A stretch of 49,210 nt of DNA from positions 1-49,210 of IMG/VR virus record IMGVR_UViG_3300033067_000254. The stretch is one strand, 5' to 3'. Below, in pieces: positions 17,546-24,139 of this stretch. Numbering within the stretch: position 1 is the stretch's first letter; each line of letters opens with the position of its first letter. Position numbers and translations under genes: made by a program. The notes under the pieces were generated by a model that worked only from the letters and a program-made list of their open reading frames with translations, was not told the DNA's origin and did no database searches. The stretch comes from a virus (lineage: Duplodnaviria; Caudoviricetes).

Positions 17546-18895
17546 TTAGTTCCGCACACCTCCTGCAAGTTGAACGTACTCAGTGACAGAATTATCACTG
17601 AGACAAGTAGCACACAAACATTGACCTTCGGTTGTCAATGCATGACGATCTGAAGGGAGTACACTGCTGCCACACCACACACAATCACCGTATTTACCAA
17701 TCCAATCATTGATGTTGTACATGTGAGAGTCATGACCTTGGAACATTTGCTCCTCTTCATCTTCAACCCATGGTGGTTCATCCCATGTCACACTGGAGCC
17801 AAGCACTTTGTAGTACAAGCCTTCTTTAGCATCAACCTTCAGATCGCCAATGTCAACAATCAACTCTGCACCGAGATGCTTGTGTGGTTCTTTGACTTTA
17901 CGACTGGTGTAGTAAAGACGGATGTTGGCAGATGGCATACTGTCATCAAAACAGGCAAAGTAAGGAGCACCGTTCTTGTCAGAGCAGACTTCTAATAGTT
18001 CAATACGGACTTGCTTAGTGTACGCGTAGCCATTTTTTGAACTCGTTGAAAGGGCTGTTGCGGGTGCCACCCCTTGCTTTTTTGCTTCGTCTGCTGTCAA
18101 TGGGATAACTTTAGCAGTCGTTGGCTGAGTGCCTACCTGTGTATGGTTGATGTAAGTCTTTGTCCCATGGTATTGATGAGGGATGTATGCAGGCTTGTAT
18201 GTAGAGGGTGCATTACGAGCCAACACCTTACCCAAGATACCGTTGCGATCAACAGGAATACTGAAGTGAACATCCTCTTTGAACATTTCAGGAGAGCTGA
18301 ACTTCAATCCATTACGACCAAGAGCACCTTCCAACATCCATGCTTCTGAAGCCCAGAACATCAGCTTGCGATCTTCAGTCATAGACCAGAACAAAGGACG
18401 TTCCTTGTTACGAAGGAAGTTAATCGACTCGTTGATCTTATCCCACCACACCAATGCCCAGGCACCGGCCATGTTGTCGAGAGCATCTTTCAAACCGAGT
18501 TTGTCAATGTGATGGTACAAGTTCTCACTGTCAACAGTGAAATCCTTGGCATCATGCAGCTTCCACTTGGATGTTAGTGTCCCGTTGTGAGCACCCACAA
18601 GGGTAGTAAACTCGAACGGGTGAGCGTTCTTGTTTGTGACATTACCCACTGTTGCATAACGATTGTGTCCGATGATGCAACGATGAGAACCGGTCATCGC
18701 TTTAGTATGACGCTTGGTATCGAACAAGAGGTAAGGATCGCCAAGCTCTTTGGCTACCTTAACCTCACCAGCACGAGGAACAACAGCAATACCTGTGCTG
18801 TCAGTACCACGCAAGCTGTCCATGATAAGGAGTTGATTGAAGATTTTTTCTTCGGTGAAAGTCAATGGGCCGACTACGCCAACGTGTCCACACAT
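17546..18895 (-). CDS. Class II (Ntn) glutamine amidotransferase with C-terminal extension
   Basis: N-terminal MCGHVG, RGTDSTG, GHNRYAT, NAHPF, HNGTL, VDSE and RPL motifs; C-terminal CVWC...CATC. Confidence 0.92.
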   Translation of the reverse strand: MCGHVGVVGPLTFTEEKIFNQLLIMDSLRGTDSTGIAVVPRAGEVKVAKELGDPYLLFDTKRHTKAMTGSHRCIIGHNRYATVGNVTNKNAHPFEFTTLVGAHNGTLTSKWKLHDAKDFTVDSENLYHHIDKLGLKDALDNMAGAWALVWWDKINESINFLRNKERPLFWSMTEDRKLMFWASEAWMLEGALGRNGLKFSSPEMFKEDVHFSIPVDRNGILGKVLARNAPSTYKPAYIPHQYHGTKTYINHTQVGTQPTTAKVIPLTADEAKKQGVAPATALSTSSKNGYAYTKQVRIELLEVCSDKNGAPYFACFDDSMPSANIRLYYTSRKVKEPHKHLGAELIVDIGDLKVDAKEGLYYKVLGSSVTWDEPPWVEDEEEQMFQGHDSHMYNINDWIGKYGDCVWCGSSVLPSDRHALTTEGQCLCATCLSDNSVTEYVQLAGGVRN

Positions 18896-18925
18896 AGGAT
18901 GTTCTCGATTGAATTGATTAAATGA

Positions 18926-19129
18926 TTATGACCAGACGGTCTCAGTGACCAGCTTCTGTTTCACCATAACAGCACATTCTTGACGAAGCACACGGATATT
19001 TCGATTGTTCATTCCTTGCATATTAGCCAAACGCTCAGCTTCCGTCTTGGCATCCTTCAATGTAGGATGCTCAACCTTAGGAGCTGCCGTGCCATCAACA
19101 GACACGAGATACACATATTTCTTAGACAT
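18926..19129 (-). CDS. Hypothetical protein
   Basis: 67-aa ORF, APKVEHPT...AKTEAERLA; operon context. Confidence 0.7.
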   Translation of the reverse strand: MSKKYVYLVSVDGTAAPKVEHPTLKDAKTEAERLANMQGMNNRNIRVLRQECAVMVKQKLVTETVWS

Positions 19130-19385
19130 TTTCTTCTTCCTTCACTGGTTGGTAAATGGTATTCATGGTTACAAATGAACCATCGGGATGCTTATGGATG
19201 ACGATTGATGTACGAATCCATGCTTCACCCAATGCAGGGTGATTCATGGCGTACACTTGTGCATATTCGTAACTGTTTGATTCATCAAGAAACTGTTTTA
19301 AGTTATTGATTACAACAGGGTCGTCAAGAGTGCGTTTGACAAACACAGGTTCATTGATGAAATCAACTACCGGCTTAATGGGCAT
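19122..19385 (-). CDS. Hypothetical protein
   Basis: 87-aa ORF, HPALG...IRTS...TMNTIY; operon context. Confidence 0.7.
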   Translation of the reverse strand: MPIKPVVDFINEPVFVKRTLDDPVVINNLKQFLDESNSYEYAQVYAMNHPALGEAWIRTSIVIHKHPDGSFVTMNTIYQPVKEEENV

Positions 19386-19485
19386 ATTCTTTATCCTTCA
19401 TAGGGAATGGATCATAGCCTCGTGGAAAGGTTGGGAAAGGCCATGTAGGGGATGGCGGCGGAGGTGTGATCGGAGGAGCTATCAT
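19375..19485 (-). CDS. Proline-rich 36-aa micro-ORF (not in ORF track)
   Basis: MIAPPITPPPPSPTWPFPTFPRGYDPFPMKDKEYAH*; fills the gap and overlaps the next start; no clear RBS. Confidence 0.45.
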   Translation of the reverse strand: MIAPPITPPPPSPTWPFPTFPRGYDPFPMKDKEYAH

Positions 19486-19500
19486 GCTATTTCATGCAGC

Positions 19501-20139
19501 TTAGCACATGCAGCCAATGTTAGTTGTGAAGAAATACTTTTCCAACAACCCATTAAAATAGGCGTGCATGTTGGTGTATTTCGTTCCTGTAAATTCAGGA
19601 TGTGGTTGGAAGCACAGGCAACGTGTTTCAGGGTAGTACACCACCTCGATATCTTCAGTGGACACTTCACGCTTGAAAATTCCTTCCTCCCACCACAGGC
19701 GTTCACCACCAAGCCCTGCTGTAGCCACTATAACGGCCTTGGAGGAGGGTTTCATCATCTGGTGATGGGTAGATGACACCCAGATCATTTCGCCTGTCTC
19801 AGCGTCTGTAATCAGATGGTCAGCGCAATGGCTACGTACATCCTGATACATCTCACCACCTGACATGACGTTCAGGAACTGAGCACCACGGCAGATACCA
19901 ACCATCGGAATGTCACGTTCTTTGCACAGACGGAAAATATCTGCTTCGTATTGGTCACGATAGATATTACTTCCTGTAGTGCTATGGCGTTGATGCCCAT
20001 AGAACGAAGGAGACACATCTTCACCGCCTGTGAAGCACACAAGGTCAGCGTCCCCGAGATCATCGGTTACATGGAATTGTAGTTGTTGGAACAGATTAGA
20101 ATATCCGTTGCTTCCGTTGACAATATATACCTTTTTCAT
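19501..20139 (-). CDS. Class I glutamine amidotransferase / peptidase C26 (PuuD-like gamma-glutamyl hydrolase)
   Basis: FTGGEDVSP, GICRGAQ (catalytic Cys), SSTHHQ and FQPHPE motifs. Confidence 0.9.
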   Translation of the reverse strand: MKKVYIVNGSNGYSNLFQQLQFHVTDDLGDADLVCFTGGEDVSPSFYGHQRHSTTGSNIYRDQYEADIFRLCKERDIPMVGICRGAQFLNVMSGGEMYQDVRSHCADHLITDAETGEMIWVSSTHHQMMKPSSKAVIVATAGLGGERLWWEEGIFKREVSTEDIEVVYYPETRCLCFQPHPEFTGTKYTNMHAYFNGLLEKYFFTTNIGCMC

Positions 20140-20345
20140 TCCAATTCTCCTGTTACATCATTAACCTGACCAAGGTAAACAGCCTTCAACTCTTCACCTT
20201 TTTGCTCTGCTCTGGCGTTGCGAATTTCTACCCAAATTAGTGCGTTGAAATGTGATTCAAACTCTTTTTCTTCCTTAACCTTATACAAGTTAGGCACGCC
20301 ACTTTCTACGGGGTGGACTTGAACAATATGTTTGTAAGTTTTCAT
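20136..20345 (-). CDS. Hypothetical protein
   Basis: 69-aa ORF with ATGA overlaps on both sides. Confidence 0.7.
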   Translation of the reverse strand: MKTYKHIVQVHPVESGVPNLYKVKEEKEFESHFNALIWVEIRNARAEQKGEELKAVYLGQVNDVTGELE

Positions 20346-20542
20346 TCTTCAACTCCGAAATGTTGTTTGATCGCTTGTGCATCTTCGTGCTTGTCGTATC
20401 CATGTCGTTCACAAGACCGTTTCATCTGAACCCCAGCACATTCCCGAACAATCAACTCAGCGAACTTTTGATGGCGTTCATCAAGCGCCTCGAAACCACT
20501 CCAACCAGCTTGGAGAGCAAGTTCTTTAATCCGTTCGTTCAC
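20342..20542 (-). CDS. Hypothetical phage protein
   Basis: MNERIKELALQAG...KFAELIVRECA...IKQHFGVEE pattern; coupled overlaps. Confidence 0.75.
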   Translation of the reverse strand: MNERIKELALQAGWSGFEALDERHQKFAELIVRECAGVQMKRSCERHGYDKHEDAQAIKQHFGVEE

Positions 20543-21510
20543 TTCACTTCCTTTGCAATTGTGTTAGCAACCATGATGAGATTATCTCGCTTGGTGTAGT
20601 CGATGTACTTAGTTGCTGGTCCCCATCCATTTTTTACGGTGGTAACGATGTGTCCCAAGCGTTGCAGGATATCGTTATACATGGAGACTTCATTACCTTT
20701 TGTTTCACCAATCAGTGGAAAAATACGATACGACCTTCCTTTTGCATCTTTGTACTTCATGCCATCGTTATTAAACTTGTCAGTATTAAAGAACTTGGCC
20801 ATGTTTTGAAGAGTGACGTTGGTATTACCCATAACGTGATGACCACCGCCGAAAGCAGTAAACTTCTCTGGATATGTTGTGAACTGTGACACAATATAAG
20901 CTACGTGAGGGCTATATTGGAGGTCAATCAGCGACTTAAAAAGAGGAAGCCTTGCCTTGAACTCAGAGCCTGAACGAAGGGCAATAGCTGCCGCTACACA
21001 GTAGCTGAAGTTTTTAGTAATGTCCAAGTAAACACCGCTGGCATAGATTTCTCCCATTGGCGCTTGAATGAACGCATCACGCCAAGGACTCTCGGTGATG
21101 ATGTATTTGACATGAAGTTTATATGCTTCATGCCATTCTTTTGGCAATACCTTGAAATACCCTGAGACATTCAAGGCAACAGCCTTGAGATTTTGCTTTT
21201 GTTCGTCAAGGGCGCTGTATCTGTCACCGTAAGATAGACGCGCATGACACACATCTCGAATCTGGAAACGCTGGTGTCCTTCGTCAAATTCCAACGCATA
21301 GCTGCAAACGCCAACACCCTCATTGTTCACTTTTTCAGTCAACTTCTCCAACAAATCTGGAGGCGCATTGGTGAACGATGTGACACGATAACGTGCCTCA
21401 TGTCCCTCCACATAGAGGAACGTATTGACTACACGATTGACGCGGTAAGGTACATCACGTTCCAGAATACCTTTACCTGTATAAAACACTTTGTCGCCTG
21501 CGGCAAACAT
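20539..21510 (-). CDS. Hypothetical protein (323 aa)
   Basis: Long ORF with AAGGAA RBS; first gene of the block leading into the ligase cluster. Confidence 0.8.
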   Translation of the reverse strand: MFAAGDKVFYTGKGILERDVPYRVNRVVNTFLYVEGHEARYRVTSFTNAPPDLLEKLTEKVNNEGVGVCSYALEFDEGHQRFQIRDVCHARLSYGDRYSALDEQKQNLKAVALNVSGYFKVLPKEWHEAYKLHVKYIITESPWRDAFIQAPMGEIYASGVYLDITKNFSYCVAAAIALRSGSEFKARLPLFKSLIDLQYSPHVAYIVSQFTTYPEKFTAFGGGHHVMGNTNVTLQNMAKFFNTDKFNNDGMKYKDAKGRSYRIFPLIGETKGNEVSMYNDILQRLGHIVTTVKNGWGPATKYIDYTKRDNLIMVANTIAKEVK

Positions 21511-21527
21511 ATTTATTTCCTTGTTTT

Positions 21528-21620
21528 TGGTGAGAAACGCTCATTTTTGGGGTATACGCTTATACGTAAGTATAGAATCGGCGGAATGAGCGAACGAAGT
21601 GAGTGAATGTAGGATTCGAT
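21528..21620 (+). promoter_or_regulatory. Conserved intergenic element, copy 1 (candidate phage-sigma promoter plus hairpin)
   Basis: TGGTGAGAAACGCTCATTTTTGGGGTAT matches 34680-34707 at 22/28 without gaps; followed by GTAAGTATA and a hairpin. Confidence 0.5.
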
Positions 21621-21625
21621 AAATA

Positions 21626-21847
21626 CTAATACACTCCTCCTTTGTGTGAACTATTCAATCCTTTGAGTAAATTCATGTCAGTAACTACGATGTAATTACT
21701 CTTTGGCATTGGTACGATAGTGTGTAAGCGTTTCTTTGCTTCTGCTTCTCCACATTGGAGGCATAGCTTATACCCTAGTGCAAATCGCCTGTCGGGTATA
21801 TCATTTCCACAAACACACATATATGTCATACCAACCTCAGCTTGCAC
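21626..21847 (-). CDS. DksA/TraR-like C4 zinc-finger protein; start possibly at MTYMCVC
   Basis: CVCGNDIPDRRFALGYKLCLQCG resembles the DksA/TraR C4 zinc finger. Confidence 0.65.
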   Translation of the reverse strand: MQAEVGMTYMCVCGNDIPDRRFALGYKLCLQCGEAEAKKRLHTIVPMPKSNYIVVTDMNLLKGLNSSHKGGVY

Positions 21848-22019
21848 ATGGCGTTCCCCTTGCCAGAGCTATCATGCTTTTTCCTAGCTGATGCAAGCAA
21901 CGCATCAGACAGAGGAAAAGCGGATTGATTGAACCACGCAGTGCGAATGAATGAATCAAAAGCGCAGATTACGCCATGAGAGGGGGAGCGCATGAGACAC
22001 CTCAAAAATTTTGGACGAC

Positions 22020-22053
22020 AAAAAGCCGCTAAGGGCATGACCCCCTAGCGGCT
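22020..22053 (-). terminator. Intrinsic terminator after the first early gene
   Basis: AGCCGCTA...TAGCGGCT stem followed by a T-run on the minus strand. Confidence 0.7.
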
Positions 22054-22077
22054 AGTTGATTTTGGAATTGTTACAGA

Positions 22078-22650
22078 TTACAGCAAGGCTTCGCCCACTG
22101 GCTGGATTGGCTCGGCTTCGGTGTCAAATTCATAGCCCAGTTCATCCATTACTTGAATAATACAAGCCGGGTCAATCCCTGCCTTAAATACGGCTTTCAG
22201 CAAGTCAGCATGAGACAGCCCAACGCCTGCCGCGTCTTTGATGGCTTTCGTCATATATTTTTGGACACTGCCCACGTCGAATGGCTTATGCGCCACTTCA
22301 ATATGACGTTCAGCCCATGACCAGATATTGTTATTCGGGTCGGCAAGGAATTTTACACAATCAATATGCGCTTTTTCGTAACGTTTCTTCGACTTATGAT
22401 CAAACGCGCCCATAACTTCGTCAAAGTGGAAACCACTAAAATGTTTAAAGAAAACAATGGCCGTTTTCTTGTTAATAGGCGACAGCACGCCCAGCAATTT
22501 GTTAGCATAAACCACGTTACCCGTAGCGTGCCAAGCCTCTAACACGGTGCGAGACAAGTCCCGCAATTCACGTTTAGTTACCGATTCACTGACAGCCAGT
22601 TTTTCAATGGCAACTGCAAATGATTTTTCAAAAGTCGATTTATCGAACAT
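22078..22650 (-). CDS. First early gene, hypothetical protein (190 aa)
   Basis: ATG 22650 with GAAGGAA RBS (ORF track starts at 22713); downstream of sigma70-like promoters. Confidence 0.8.
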   Translation of the reverse strand: MFDKSTFEKSFAVAIEKLAVSESVTKRELRDLSRTVLEAWHATGNVVYANKLLGVLSPINKKTAIVFFKHFSGFHFDEVMGAFDHKSKKRYEKAHIDCVKFLADPNNNIWSWAERHIEVAHKPFDVGSVQKYMTKAIKDAAGVGLSHADLLKAVFKAGIDPACIIQVMDELGYEFDTEAEPIQPVGEALL

Positions 22651-22762
22651 GGCGTTTTCCTTCAAAAGAAAATTAAATGGGAATATTCCCTTGGCGTGCA
22701 ACACTTCGCACACTCTAACCTACTGTCACTAGGTTAGCGTTTACGTCAGTGCATTAGGGGAT

Positions 22763-22791
22763 AGTGTAACACACTTCCCGCATGATGTAAA
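22763..22791 (-). promoter_or_regulatory. Sigma70-like early promoter
   Basis: TTTACA-17 bp-TACACT with extended -10 TG on the minus strand. Confidence 0.65.
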
Positions 22792-23343
22792 CCCCCATTA
22801 ACAACTAACCGCTGTCAGCAACTGGCCTGCTATCATGTTTTCTACTGTATCGGTGCGCGGCATACCGGCATTTCCCCGATAGGGAGTATAACACACAATA
22901 GGGGCTTAGTCCCTCATTAGTTAGTCGTCTGGGTGTAAATTTTTAATGAACGATTGCAACAAACTGTAATTAGGGCATGAGGCTTGGCCTCATACATTCT
23001 GACAGGCTAGGCTTAACACTTTATTGTTAATGCACCACAAGCAAGACAAGACACCTAACAAGGCAGGCAAGGCACAAGATTAGAACGTTAGTATGCTAAC
23101 GTGTTTATCTCTGCGGTTGTCGCATTGATACGGGTGGCAAGACTTGAGAGGGTTCCCCTCTGTCTCATTTGTTGCAAATTGTTAAGGAGCGCCACCGCTT
23201 GGGCGGCTGTCAGTGCATACGATTATGCACTAACTGTCTCGCATTGTATCACAATTCTAGCGTGTGTCCTAGCCCTTGCGATTGACACCTGATAGAACCG
23301 CCATAAACCAATAGAGGGCTGTCCGTGTGTCTTGCGTGACTGG

Positions 23344-23372
23344 ATTGTAGCACACAATGAAGTGGCCCACAA
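23344..23372 (-). promoter_or_regulatory. Sigma70-like early promoter
   Basis: TTGTGG-17 bp-TACAAT with extended -10 TG. Confidence 0.55.
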
Positions 23373-23414
23373 CCCCCGAATGTTTTGCCGTGTGGCATCG
23401 CATCCTTGGCCTCA

Positions 23415-23442
23415 ATTATACACACTTTCTGGCCAGTGTGAA
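23415..23442 (-). promoter_or_regulatory. Sigma70-like early promoter
   Basis: TTCACA-16 bp-TATAAT. Confidence 0.6.
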
Positions 23443-23637
23443 GCCCCTATTGAATAAATTTTCAATGTAACTATAACGTACTACTTCGCATTGAATGTAA
23501 CCTATATTATACATATACAATAGAATGTAATACGAAAATATACTAAACGTCACTTCGTGACATACGTTAGTATTATAAATGCCGAAGGCGTACTGTATGG
23601 AAACCCAGTAACCATGCGGGTTGTGTAAGTATTTAGT

Positions 23638-24000
23638 CTCAAGTATGCTCAAGGATTAATGCTCAAGTATTACATTGCAGGGAATGAATAATGCTTTGGT
23701 ATGTCATGAATAAAGGGAATGTAGTACATTTCACCTACATTCTACCCTCAAGCAAGTTTCATACCTGACTGCCATGCTAGGATATTCCGCATGATGAAAT
23801 GTCAGAGTAAATTACTCAAGTATGCCTCAAGGGGTACATCCGGGGGTAGGGGTAGGGTTCATATTGGTGCATTACACCTTCTAAATTTCTACAGGAAATT
23901 ACCACAATGGGCTTATCTACACCTTCTAAATTTCTACTAGAAATTATGACAATTGGCACAAGTTTATTCTTAAGTGTATTTCTCAAGAAGTGCCCTCAAG
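23638..24000 (+). repeat. Cluster of eight CTCAAG hexamers
   Basis: Copies start at 23638, 23648, 23662, 23747, 23815, 23826, 23982 and 23995, all on the + strand. Confidence 0.85.
23873..23957 (+). repeat. Two-copy tandem repeat, 45-bp period
   Basis: TACACCTTCTAAATTTCTAC is identical at 23873 and 23918; similarity continues through GAAATTA..ACAAT.GGC. Confidence 0.9.
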
Positions 24001-24139
24001 AATATGCTGAGCATTCCTTTCCATTGGCTAAGGATAAAGTATAGACGTATGCTTCGCATACATATGTATGTCCGAAGGACGTATAGAAGTTAATAATAGT
24101 GTGTCGTTAATGCGACATAGTAAATCATAAAGGAATAGA

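Noticed and set aside
21826-22038. 70-aa minus-strand ORF
   Set aside because: Begins inside the terminator hairpin at 22020-22053 and lacks an RBS.
23101-23652. Tracked ORFs 23101-23292 (+) and 23416-23652 (-)
   Set aside because: They overlap promoter-like and hairpin elements, lack an RBS and have atypical composition; the region is better explained as non-coding.
23884-23946. AATTTCTAC(T) in the 45-bp repeat resembles the 5' part of the Cas12a crRNA handle (possible mini-array or RNA anti-CRISPR)
   Set aside because: The complementary GTAGAT arm is absent, the intervening sequences are similar to each other instead of being unique spacers, and no cas gene is present.
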